In this document: piece by piece, positions 1-11,677 of the stretch | Numbering within the stretch: position 1 is the first letter of the stretch | How the letters are laid out: each line of letters begins with the position of its first letter | DNA from: Octopus sinensis | Lineage: Eukaryota | Direction: 5' to 3' | Assembly (NCBI RefSeq): GCF_006345805.1 | Contig: NC_043006.1 | Location: 11,842,001-11,906,000, forward strand | Length of the DNA: 64,000 nucleotides | Made by a program: the position numbers and the translations under genes | Notes under the pieces: generated by a model | What the model was told of the DNA's origin: nothing | Seen by the model: only the letters and a program-made list of their open reading frames with translations | The model's database searches: none

Positions 1-85
1 TATATATTTATATATATATATATTATATATATATTATATATATATATATATTTATGTATATATATATTTATATATAATATATTTA

Positions 86-125
<40 letters not shown>

Positions 126-191
126 GTATAATATATTTATTATATATATATATTATATATATATATATATATAATATATATATACTTATAG

Positions 192-239
<48 letters not shown>

Positions 240-275
240 ATATATTTATATTATATATATTTATATATATATATC

Positions 276-311
<36 letters not shown>

Positions 312-316
312 TATAT

Positions 317-348
<32 letters not shown>

Positions 349-416
349 ATATATTAGTTATATATATATATATAATATTATATATATATATTATATATAT
401 ATATATTATATATATA

Positions 417-453
<37 letters not shown>

Positions 454-706
454 GTATATATATATTTATATATATATATATATAATATTATTATATATAT
501 ATAGATAATATATATTATTTATGTATATATATATTTATATATATATATATTTATATATATATATATATATATAGATATAGAATATATTATATATAATATA
601 TATAGATATATATAGATTATATATTATATATATATATATTTATAATATATATATTATATATATATATATCTTAATTATATATATAGATATTTATATAATA
701 TATATT

Positions 707-753
<47 letters not shown>

Positions 754-755
754 CG

Positions 756-791
<36 letters not shown>

Positions 792-824
792 TTATATAAG
801 ATATATATTTATATATTATATATT

Positions 825-871
<47 letters not shown>

Positions 872-873
872 CG

Positions 874-909
<36 letters not shown>

Positions 910-961
910 TTATATAAGATATATATTTATATATTATATATTTATATTATATATATATATT

Positions 962-992
<31 letters not shown>

Positions 993-1300
993 GATATTAT
1001 ATATATATATTTATATATATATATATATTTATAATATATATATATATTATATATATATATTTATATATATATATTATATATATATATTATATATATGTAT
1101 ATTATATTTATATATATATTTATATATATTTATATATATTTATAGATATTTATATATATATTTATATATATTTATATATATATATATATATAAATATAAT
1201 ATATATTATATATATATTTATATATATTTTATATAATAATATATATATAGTTATATTATTATAATATTATATATATATATTATATATATATAATTATACG

Positions 1301-1353
<53 letters not shown>
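1..1353. repeat. Degenerate (TA)n array >=1.35 kb
   Basis: Almost pure A/T alternation with interruptions. Confidence 0.95.
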
Positions 1354-1357
<4 letters not shown>

Positions 1358-1538
1358 CGTGACCGACAAGGCTATCAGATGTTGCTACACATCGCTGGTC
1401 ACAAAGCACTTCACATTGTTTTAGCCTTCAAATGACGCCACCCCGCAGGCTAAGCGAGTAGGCCAACATAAGAAAGAGGGAGAGAGAGTTGTGGCGAAAG
1501 AGTACAGCAGGGATCTCCACCCCTCTCTGCCGGAGCCT
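1354..1538 (-). mobile_element. Partial SINE, group A body with alternative tail
   Basis: Shares CCGGCAG...CCCTGCTGTACTCTTTCGCCACAAC with the 10261 copy but continues into a different tail, also seen at ~15400-15465. Confidence 0.65.
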
Positions 1539-1746
1539 TGACTTCAACAGGGAGATCGAAACCATATCTTGTTGGATTAGGATATTTTGGCATAGAAATG
1601 GGCTATATCTAAACAGAAAAAAAAGTGTATTTTCAAGGAAATGAACATTAAGTTGACATAAAAAATTTTGATATGAAATTTTCGCATAAATTCGTCGTTT
1701 AAATGAGGGTGATCATAGTAAGGCGGTGATAATTATATGGGCGACA

Positions 1747-1783
<37 letters not shown>

Positions 1784-2156
1784 CACCGATAATATATATT
1801 TTACTTTAAGAGACACAAGGTAAATTTTATTATTGTAATAAATATAGTTGATCAAATCGCCTCGGTACTTTTACATGTAATAACTTAATCAACCTTCACA
1901 AGATGAAAGACGATTGCAAATCCTTCGACCCTAATTAGAAAAAAAAAGGAGAGAGGAGATAATAAATTCTTAAGGTTAGTGCTTTTCCCATTTTTATATT
2001 CACACAGTTTGAGGGGAAAATAATGATAACACTACTACAACTAAAAATAATGATGATGATGATGATGATGGGGATAACGATGGAGATGACGATGACAACA
2101 TTAAGAGCAGCAGCAGCAACAAAAACAACAACAACAAAAATAATAATAATAATAAT

Positions 2157-2375
2157 TTATTTCTTTACTACCCACAAGGGGCTAAACATAGAGGGGATAA
2201 ACAAGGACAGACAAAGGGATTAAGTCGATTATATCGACCCCAGTGCGTAACTGGTACTTAATTTATCGACCCCGAAAGGATGAAAGACAAAGTCGACCTC
2301 GGCGGAATTTGAACTCAGAACGTAACGGCAGACGAAATACGGCTACGCATTTCGTCCGGCGTGCTAACGTTCCTG
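2157..2375 (-). mobile_element. SINE group B (tRNA-like head, Nin-domain-like core)
   Basis: Core GTCGACTTTG(C/T)CTTTCATCCTTTCGGGGTCGATAAATTAAGTACCAG recurs >10 times in the window. Nin-domain resemblance is from memory of the consensus. Confidence 0.85.
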
Positions 2376-2466
2376 AATAATAATAATAATAATAATAATT
2401 ATTATTATTATTATAATGATAATAGTAGTAGTAGTAGTAATAATGATAATAATAATAATAATAATA

Positions 2467-2511
<45 letters not shown>

Positions 2512-2513
<2 letters not shown>

Positions 2514-3014
2514 TCTCTGATGCAATACTAAGCAGTAGTTATGTCGTGATGCAATATCTTTCAGTGGCTCTCAGAGCTACTGATCTTAACTGTTTGGAAT
2601 GGTTAGTATAGGCATGTTTGTCTTGGTGCAAAAGATGGGCTACAGCAAATATTCTGCTAAATATCACAGATTTGCTTGTTACATGCTTGAATCTAACCGT
2701 TCAAACATGTCCCTTATGTGCATATGGGTGCATCATAACCATTTGTAGAGAGTAATTCTTTGGGAACTGAAACCCTGGTGTTTCGTTCAATAGCCTTAAA
2801 GAACCATTATTCAGGGACCTTTTGAGCAAGAGGAAAATTCTAACTGGTCCCCCACCTGCAAGGTCATGCGCTGTTTATCTAAATATGGGATCACCATGTC
2901 GCGAACATATGCTTGGTGTACCCATATCAGATGCGTAGTCATGATGGGTATACTGGGCTTCGTATATTTGTACCCCAGTGACATTTGGATGGCATGCGCT
3001 GCTCTCTCACTCAA
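2512..3014 (+). mobile_element. Non-coding interspersed repeat ending in an (AAC/AAT)n tail, copy 1
   Basis: Homologous to 3099-3677; flanked by (AAT)n on both sides. Confidence 0.7.
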
Positions 3015-3039
3015 CAGCAGCAACAACAACAACAATAAT

Positions 3040-3079
<40 letters not shown>

Positions 3080-3098
3080 TAATAATAATAATAATAAT

Positions 3099-3677
3099 AT
3101 GCCTGTACCAGGCAGTGTAATGCCCTGATGCAGTACCAGGCAGTGGCTCTCATGGCTTCTGATCTTAACTGATTGGAAGTGTCATGATGTACATTGTTTT
3201 GTCTTGGTATAAAAGATGGGCTACAGCAAATATTCTGCTCAATACCACATATTTGCTTGTCAGTTGTTTGACCATAACCAGTTGAGCATGTCCCTTAGTG
3301 GCTGACAATATGTGCATCTCTGATCACGAGCAGAAGTAGTGGGGGAGCATCATAGCCATGTGTTGAGAGGGATTCTTTGGGGTTTGAATAATTCACCTCT
3401 GGAAATATGGGTGGTTCTTTCAACATCCTTAAACAACCCTTATTCAGGGACCTTTTGAGCGGGATGGGCTACTCGACCTGAAGACAATTCTAACTGGGCC
3501 CCACCTGCAAGGTCATGCGCTGTTTACCTTGATATGAGATCACCATGTCGCGCACATATGGTTGTGATGCATGTGCCTGGTGTACCCTTATCAGACGGGT
3601 AGTAATGATGGGTATATTGGGCTTCGTATATTTTACCCCAGTGTCACTTTGATGGCATGAACTGCTCTCTCACTCAA
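3099..3677 (+). mobile_element. Non-coding interspersed repeat ending in an (AAT)n tail, copy 2
   Basis: Shares blocks such as AAAAGATGGGCTACAGCAAATATTCTGCT and CCCCACCTGCAAGGTCATGCGCTGTTTA with copy 1; ends CTCTCACTCAATAATAATAA. Confidence 0.7.
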
Positions 3678-3689
3678 TAATAATAATAA

Positions 3690-4148
3690 AATCAAGTCTC
3701 CTCCTTGATATGACTGTCCCAATCGACATAAATGCATCTGTCAAGACCTATTAAAACTGAGCATGTATAAAGATCTTGAAATAGATATTAGCAAAATCTG
3801 GAACTTCAAGACTGTTGTGATAAGTGCAAAAGGAGCTGATTCCTACATAGCTCAGATACCAGGAAGCTCCAAAGTGGCAGATATTCAAAAGATAGTGTTC
3901 ATGAGAACTGCCATATCCTACGTAAAATACTGTCTATGTAATCTCAAATTTTAAAACAAACTTATAATTTTCTTATGTTTTCTTAAATATTCTCTAGAAT
4001 ATGCAAAAACAAATATATGACACCCTAGGCATAACAGCAACTTGAACTTCTAACTTGTCTCTTGAGGTCTTTGGTGTCAGCTTGTACAAATACAACGCAA
4101 AAGTCAAACATATAATAATAATAATGATGATGATGATGATGATGATGA
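3690..4148 (+). mobile_element. 5'-truncated R4/Dong-like LINE: end of restriction-like endonuclease, 3' UTR and (TAA/TGA)n tail
   Basis: YKDLEIDISKIWNFKT...DIQKIV parallels KYKDLEIEVTRMWNMKT...NIQKI of the 4630-5290 copy. Confidence 0.75.
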
Positions 4149-4203
4149 CGAAAATTATGGCACTAAGACAACGATGATGATGATGTTAAAACGGTATACT
4201 TAC

Positions 4204-4603
4204 ATCCCAGCAACATAGCAAATATGGAAAATATCTTCTCAGCATTGGTATTGGGTGCAACGTTTCCAAACCCGATGCTGGTGAGACTGGTGAAGGTGAA
4301 ATAGAGTGCTGTGAGATATTTGGTCCGAATGCTGGGCCCACTAGTGGTGTCGTTTGGCAGATACGGCTCATTTAACGTTTGGGCCAGGTTGTCTAGCCAA
4401 CCAACCTTTGCTTTCAAATGAGGCCGTTCCATGTTTGCGATGGCGTAAAAAATACAGGCCAACCAATGGCCTATAAGAGTGAAAGATACCATCAAGAGTA
4501 ATAGAACAGCAGCTCCATATTCTGCGAACTGTTCGATTCTTCGAAGTACGCGTAGAAGTCGCAGAAGGCGGGCAGTTTTAAGAACACCAGTGATAGTCAT
4601 AGT
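4204..4603 (-). CDS. erg: Internal coding exon of an ERG-type (KCNH2/6/7-like, seizure-like) voltage-gated K+ channel: S4, S4-S5 linker, S5, turret, pore helix, selectivity filter, start of S6
   Basis: Translates [38 protein letters not shown]...[14 protein letters not shown]...GWLDNL...[45 protein letters not shown], collinear with hERG ~520-648. Acceptor ttttcAG at 4605-4604 and donor GTAAGT at 4203-4198. 400 nt, phase 0 start and phase 1 end, as in KCNH2 exon 7. EYGAAVL and the PSI..KY turret favour ERG over EAG/ELK. Confidence 0.95.
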
Positions 4604-4627
4604 CTGAAAAATATAACAATATTCACA

Positions 4628-4629
<2 letters not shown>

Positions 4630-4676
<47 letters not shown>

Positions 4677-4678
4677 CA

Positions 4679-4720
<42 letters not shown>

Positions 4721-5290
4721 TATTATTATTCGGTAGTTTTATTTTCATAGCGTGCTTTCACTTCACTACCGAGCGCAGCTCTGTGTGCCTTGGGTATGTG
4801 TTGTGGTTTGTTGTGATGCTCTGATGGTTACTGTATTGAAAGCGTTCTGCGTAGGATGTGTGCAGTGCCCAGTAGTGGAATTTTCTGTATGTTATATATA
4901 TTTGTAAGTCCTGGTGTTTTTATTATGTATTTGTCTGAATATTTTTTATCATACCTAATGCACCTACTATGATAGGAATTGTTTCTGTTTTCATGTTCCA
5001 CATTCTAGTTACCTCTATTTCCAGGTCTTTGTATTTTGAGAGTTTCTCCATTTCTTTTAGAGACACGTTGTCATCAGCTGGTATTGATACATCAATCAGA
5101 AAGCATTTTTTTTCTTCATGGTCTCTGACAACTATATCTGGCCTGTTGGCCTTAATTTCTCTATCTGTGTGTATTGGCATATCCCAGAGTATGGTTGCTT
5201 TCTCGTTTTCTGTGACCTTTTCTGGTGTGTGCCTATACCATCTTTTTTCTGTTGTTATTCCATAATGTTGGCATAGCTTCCAGTGTATGC
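4630..5290 (-). mobile_element. 5'-truncated R4/Dong-like LINE, restriction-like endonuclease domain, frameshifted
   Basis: IHWKLCQHYG...ILWDMPIHTDREIKANRPDIVVRD...CFLIDVSIPAD...EKLSKYKDLE...IIVGALGMIK. After a 1-nt slip in an A-run it continues ...LLGTAHILRRTLSIQ* (TAA 4830-4828), then a 3' UTR and (TAA)n tail at 4630-4730. Confidence 0.9.
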
Positions 5291-6113
5291 AGGTCTCATA
5301 TCATAGAAATTGTTGATGGAAATACTCACAAGAAGAAACAGAAATAAATTGAATAATTTCCAACAGTCCAAGAGTTTTAAGAAATTACACACTCACTATA
5401 AGCTTCCTTGCTCTAGTGTTATTCAAAGACCGCAGAGAGGGATAACTATTGTTAGATTCTATAGAATTATGCGAATAATCCGGGGTCACATAAGAGGCAG
5501 TGGGGTTATCACCACTAGCAAGAACACTACCATGGAAACGGTTGCTATGATCATTAATTATTACATAATCTTCATTTGCACTAGAATCGATGCGGATGTT
5601 ATTCGGGTTGGTTGCATCATCATTTTTTTGTTGTTCGTTTTACTGTTAGCTCATAGTATTTACGAATTCCTTCATTTGTCATGAACGAGTTGTTAGTATT
5701 GCTTCTTTTGGTAATTCCATATCGCAATTACTGAATCAGTCGTCAAAGATATAGAGTCAATTCTAGAAGATTTCGGTAGCGAAACAATTTCATTAATAGA
5801 AAGAAAAATGCTTTTTATCAAGACGAAGCTTTTTTTTTTATCTCAAGAAAATGAATAGAAACTATAACCCGAAAGCTAATTCCAGATTGGGCTAAGCCCA
5901 ATCTGGACACAGGAATGAAGAAAGTAATTACAACAAATTTATTAAAACTGGTGGAAAATAATAAATGATATCAATTAATAAAATATTGATAAAATGGTTA
6001 AGTTTATTTATACATCGAATCGGCAAAAATCGGATCACTTTGTGGTACTGTCTAAATGTGAGGTACCACAAAAAGGTTTCTGCGTAGTGATTCGTTATAT
6101 ATTATTTTTATGC

Positions 6114-6279
6114 TACCGTAAATCTTCGAGTATAGTCCGCCCTTGAGTATAATGCGCAGGGGATTTTTAGGGGCTGTACCTCTGAGAAATTTAAACCTTG
6201 TGTATAATACGCACCCCTTCTCTAACTTGAGTCAAGGAGGTCTATATAACGTCCTTGGTTTGTAAAAATGTATACGGTA
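6114..6279. mobile_element. Possible Tc1/mariner/pogo-type MITE remnant
   Basis: Termini TACCGTA...TACGGTA and a pogo-like TACCGTAAATCTTCGAGTATAGTCCGC start; terminal match is short. Confidence 0.4.
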
Positions 6280-7836
6280 ACGTCCTGTATTATTATTGTA
6301 TATATAACATAATGCAAACGTGTAGCATTTTTGTGCATTTTGTTTGCAGAAAATAAAGAAATAACAGTAATAACGTTTAATAAATGTTGCTTACTGCAAG
6401 TTATGGATGATTCTTTTATGACTTCATTGTTTTCAGGCTTAGCTTAAGGTATTTTCGCGCCCAACATCACAAAATGCGTCTGAATAAACATCGCCGGACA
6501 ACAAATAGAGACTCGGACATTGCTTAGAAAATATTTTTCATTTTTAACCTCGTATATAGTACGCACTGGGGATTTGCAGTATTCATTATGTATACAGACA
6601 ATGACTGCACTAATTTTGATTCAATATTCAAATTATTACTATTAAATTGTATCCTTATATTTGTACATGTACATTCAATAAATTATTGGATTAATGTTTA
6701 TCACGTATAACGGTTAGGGATCTATCTTCTGCATATAACTTACTAGATGATATATTAAATGCTATATGTGTTACTCGATATGAGTGCCTTTCATTGAGTA
6801 CGATATAAGCATGTTACATAGGAATAGTGAGTGAGGGTGAGAGAGGACTACACATTGTAACAAGTGACACAGATACCTCTACACGGCTCTCTGATTAGTT
6901 GGAATTTGCCAGAGTAGGCGAAAGAAGAGATGAGACAATACCATAGGAAGAAAAAGCAACATAAATCCTATAATTGCATGTTGAACAACAAAAGAACCTA
7001 TAAAGGCAAGATAAAAATTCTCTGAAAAGGACAGATTTTCACACCAGCATATTAAAACTTTAATTTTACACGTTTCGGCCTGAAGTACAAAATTATGCCT
7101 AACGTAAACAACTATTTAAGGAAGACGATAATGATGAATGGATTCCACGAAATAAAAGTAGATACACTCAAAATTTAGAAATAAAAACAACGGACAAATT
7201 ATATGATCATGTAACTAGCTTTCCAGAAAATAAATTACCACCGTCAAAGTACAAATCAAATACATGCCTAGAGGAATGAGAAATTATCGATGAGCATAAG
7301 AGTGATAATACAGAAAGAAATGTCAAGGAGAGTGCCATAGTCATTACGGCTTTTTTGAACATCTCATTAACCTTACTCTAAGATATGACCTAATATGAAA
7401 TGGTTAATAATTACCAGCAGCCAAAAATAATGAAGAAACTTATCATGTGCATTCACCTTCTCCGAAATAGGTTTATCGGAGGTGAAATGTCATTAAATAA
7501 TGAATTTAAGTGTAATGATGGAAATTTTTATGCACGCTACCAAATCAGCAAGTGAAAAACCATAATAATAAAAAAAAAAAAAGGCTGTAGCGAATCATCT
7601 TAAGCGTGAACTTCTGAACTGGATCCTAATGAACTTCAATTAAGAAAATTATAGAGGGTTCCGCATGAGAAATGCAGGTTTCCATTAGTCTTTTCAATAT
7701 TGTGTTCGTGCGCGAATGAACGCAGACACATACACATACATATGCTTGTATATGTAAGTATGTATGTATATATGTATATATTTATATATTACTTGTTTTA
7801 TTATATGATCGAACGCCACGCATCCTTTTCCAAGTG

Positions 7837-7882
<46 letters not shown>

Positions 7883-7955
7883 GTACATACATAATATATA
7901 TACACATATATATATATATATATAAACGTACATACATATATATATAACATATATA

Positions 7956-8030
<75 letters not shown>

Positions 8031-8415
8031 ATACATATATATAAATATATACATTACATATATATATATATATACGTATAAGATTAAGTCTTTCCTTGTT
8101 TGTTTTGCAAAATAGTGGTTTTGTCTCGAATTAATATTATATAATATTTTACTATAAAATTGGATTTAATCCTAAATCTGATTTTTTCCCTGTAAATTTG
8201 GATTTATTCCCTAATATTTATTATTATATATACGTATATATATACATATACATATATATATATGTACAATTATCAAGTACTCACCCTGAATTTCCACATA
8301 TATATATATATATAGTTAATCCAAACATGAAAACACAAAGAGAAAACACAACAACGCGAGGATGTGGAACAGATATAGTATTATTGGACGCTCAGGAAAG
8401 AAGGAAAGAAGGAGG

Positions 8416-8450
8416 GTTTAACATTTCGAGCGGAGCTCTTCGTCGGAAAC
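8416..8450 (-). ncRNA. Minimal type I hammerhead-like motif (C4 variant, extra A)
   Basis: GTTT-CCGACGA-A-GAGC-tcc-GCTC-GAA-ATGT-T-AAAC. Confidence 0.55.
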
Positions 8451-8626
8451 ATAGGAGAAGGAAAGATCCAGAGAAGGGAAGACAGAGGGAAAAAAATCAC
8501 CAACGGTACACAGGCGGTCACATTTTGAATGACACATACACACACATATATATATATATACACATACATGTATATGTATATACCTTTTTATAATATACTT
8601 TATTATTTGAGATTCTCAATCTAAAC

Positions 8627-8661
8627 TGTCCGACGGACGGAACGTGAAACAGTGTGTAGCA
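8627..8661 (+). ncRNA. Degenerate minimal hammerhead-like motif (C4 variant)
   Basis: TGT-CCGACGG-ACG-gaa-CGT-GAA-ACA-gtg-TGT-A-GCA; related to 37187-37224. Confidence 0.4.
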
Positions 8662-8699
8662 CTTTTTTAGTGATACTTTTGTGATGACCTTGCAGCTTC

Positions 8700-8761
8700 A
8701 GTTATAATGAAGCATATTACTCTACCTCCGGTGTTTGAGTACTTTTTTCTCCCACCTTGTA
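8700..8761. mobile_element. Possible Tc1/mariner terminal inverted repeat (one end only)
   Basis: Ends ...CCCACCTTG-TA, like the 54325 terminus; partner end not found. Confidence 0.35.
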
Positions 8762-8856
8762 TATATATATATATATATATATATATGCATGTATACATAG
8801 ATATTAGATATATGCGAAAAATATACAATACAATACATGTGTGTTTATGTGTGTGT

Positions 8857-8928
<72 letters not shown>

Positions 8929-9643
8929 GTGTGTGTGTGTACATATGCAAAATTAATAAATTTTATTTCTCTCGAAAGTGTAAAGCAAATATCTAAAAAT
9001 AACCAGCCGCCTTTCCTATACACAAACTTATATGCATGCATACATACATACATACATACATACATACATACATACATACATACATACATACGTGTATGCA
9101 TACAAACAAAAATACATACATTCATACATGCATAAATAGTCATATGTGTTTATATCAATTAATGTACACAGTGTAAAGATAAGAACTACTAACTGTTAGT
9201 TGCTGTGAAGACACGAGGCTAGGCAAGTCTTTATAACGTAATTCGTGTCTCACAGCAACCCTGAGGCTCTAAGTTGATGGTCAGTTCTATGTGAACATCA
9301 GACTGCTAGCACACGAGAAACCACAATGAGAACGAAACAAAAAAACGATAATGCAAAAAAGGTGGAAGAGCAAATAAAATGGAGTGGGGAGGATAAACAC
9401 TACAGTTAAGTTTCCTTTGACTGAAGAAGTCATAATTAAATTAGTAGAAGACCAACAGAGAGAGAGTGAGAGAGCTACTGAATTAGGTGACGGTGGTCTC
9501 CTCCGGTTCACCGTAAGAAATTTGTCCAAATGCTTGTAATTGCAGAAAGTTTCGGATGTGGAATTAAGTAGTTATAAAGACCAGCGAAGATACGTGTCGT
9601 CACAGCCAGAAACAGTTAGTAGCGCGTATCTTATACTGAGTAC

Positions 9644-9765
9644 GGACGCGCAATGGCCCAGTGGTTAGGGCAGCGGACTCGCGGTAATAGGATCGCGGTT
9701 TCGGTTCCCAGGCCGGGCGTTGTGAGTGTTTATTGAGCGAAAACACCTAAAGGCTCCACGAAGCT
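9644..9765 (+). mobile_element. SINE group A, head only, ends in a (TA)n tract
   Basis: Near-identical to the first ~120 nt of 10261-10644. Confidence 0.85.
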
Positions 9766-10260
9766 ATATATTTATATATATATTTATATATATATATATA
9801 CATCCTGCGTTCTGTTCTTCACTTCACTCAGTCGTTCTACTCTAAGATCGTATGCAATACTCTTATTTCTACATATCCCTAAAGCACATTCAAAATTAGA
9901 TCCCAAGCCATAATCTTGGGAGGTTAAATACACCTAAGTATTTGTTATGTTAAGATTAATTTCAATAAGACCTGCAGGGAATATCTTTCGTTTAACTTAC
10001 AAGACTTACTAGAGTCGTTTAGGCCAATAGAAACTATAAATGCATTGTTGATCACGAACGAAAGCCTCCAGATAAATATCTAAATCCATTTTGATCATCC
10101 ATTGAACCGTATTTAATTCACACCGCATTAAATGTTTGATTACATATATAAATTCCCAGATGCGATATTCATCTCTTACACAACGCTGTTCCTTTGGAAA
10201 ATAACTTCGAAACACTCTAGATTTTGCCATAGCTATGTTGTATATTTCTCATTAAATAGG

Positions 10261-10644
10261 TGGAGGCGCAATGGCCCAGTGGTTAGGGCAGCGAACTCGC
10301 GGTCATAGGATCGCGGTTTCGGTTCGCAGGCCGGGCGTTGTGAGTGTTTATTGAGCGAAAACACCTAAAGGCTCCACGAAGCTCCGGCAGGGATGGTGGT
10401 GATCCCTGCTGTACTCTTTCACCACAACTTTCTCTCACTCTTACTTCCTGTTTCTGTTGTACCTGTAATTCAAAGGGCCGGCCTTGTCACTCTCTGTGTC
10501 ACGCTGAATATCCCCGAGAACTACGTTAAGGGTACACGTGTCTGCGGAGTGGTCAGCCACTTACACGTTAATTTCACGAGCAGGCTGTTCCGTTGATTCG
10601 GATCAACCGGAACCCTCGTCGTCGTAACCGACGGAGTGCTTCCA
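10261..10644 (+). mobile_element. Full-length tRNA-derived SINE, group A (384 bp)
   Basis: A-box TGGCCCAGTGG and B-box-like GGTTTCGGTTC; 10-bp TSD CATTAAATAG at 10250-10259 and 10645-10654; near-identical to 21830-22213. Confidence 0.9.
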
Positions 10645-10714
10645 CATTAAATAGATAAGAATATCACAGATTACTAATTACCAAGCCAGCAATTTTGAAG
10701 TATGGGTAATCCAT

Positions 10715-10880
10715 TATATCGACCTTAGTGCCCAACTGGTATTTATTTTACCAGTCCCGAATGAATGAAAAGCAAAGTAGATCTTGGCACAATTTGAATA
10801 CAAAACGCAAAGATGGACCAAATGCCGCTAAGCATTTATCTCAGCATGCAAAAGATTCTACCAGCTCGCAGCCTTACTCA
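10715..10880 (-). mobile_element. Old SINE group B copy
   Basis: Degenerate match to the group B core and head. Confidence 0.6.
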
Positions 10881-11315
10881 ATTTTTCTTTAATTTTTAAT
10901 TTCTTTACACCGTTTCACCTTTAAAGCTGCAGTGATGCTAGGGCACCAAGATGGTTAACAATAATTACTAAGATTTATTGGAGGATGAAGGAATTGGTTT
11001 ATGTTGATATACATTGGTAGTATAAATTTTAACATATTGTTAGCGCTTTTTTATGATTGGTGTTTAGACACCATCGTTTCTGATAGAACAGGCTACCAGA
11101 TATGCGTAGACTAAATTATCTAATGTGTGGTTATGTTTTTAAGACGTAGGAGTAGGGTTTGAAGAAGTTGGTTCGAACTACAATGGTAAAATGCCGAGGT
11201 GTTTTGGAAAGTTCACCGAAACAACAGATAATATCTGAATGAAATATATTCATTGTATGTGTTTGTATATGCATACACACACACGCACACACACACACAT
11301 GCACACGCACACGCA

Positions 11316-11347
<32 letters not shown>

Positions 11348-11489
11348 TAATTGTATTAAGTCGCAGCACTATCTATAGTAAGGTTAATATTAATATTAAC
11401 CATGATACCATAGCTAGAAATTAGACCATCAAACTTTTGATCCTACTTGTAGTGTAAATCTAATGTGTTAAAGCAACAAATGATGATCT

Positions 11490-11497
11490 CAATAGCT

Positions 11498-11587
<90 letters not shown>

Positions 11588-11629
11588 ATGATGATGATGA
11601 TGTTAATGGTGATGATAATAATAATAATG

Positions 11630-11675
<46 letters not shown>
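11490..11675. repeat. Compound (AAT)n(AGT)n(GAT)n(AAT)n microsatellite
   Basis: Direct reading. Confidence 0.95.

Positions 11676-11677
<2 letters not shown>

Larger units (their letters stand above)
1..4203 (-). other. Downstream intron of the ERG gene (next exon outside window)
   Basis: Begins at the GTAAGT donor. No SLMYASIFGNV-like S6 continuation found in 1-4203. Confidence 0.75.

Noticed and set aside
5397-5642. 246-nt minus-strand stretch bounded by CTAACAG and GTGAGT, N/S/D-rich frame; possible cassette or poison exon
   Set aside because: No pyrimidine tract, first in-frame codon would be TAA, no ERG similarity, and an insert between S3 and S4 is implausible. Only junction reads could rescue it.
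5755-5800. CTAGAAGA...GCGAAACAATTTC hammerhead-like string
   Set aside because: Insertion in the core and no convincing helix I or II.
7060-7110. Minus-strand GGCCGAAACGTGT
   Set aside because: No CUGANGA box upstream; only a half motif.
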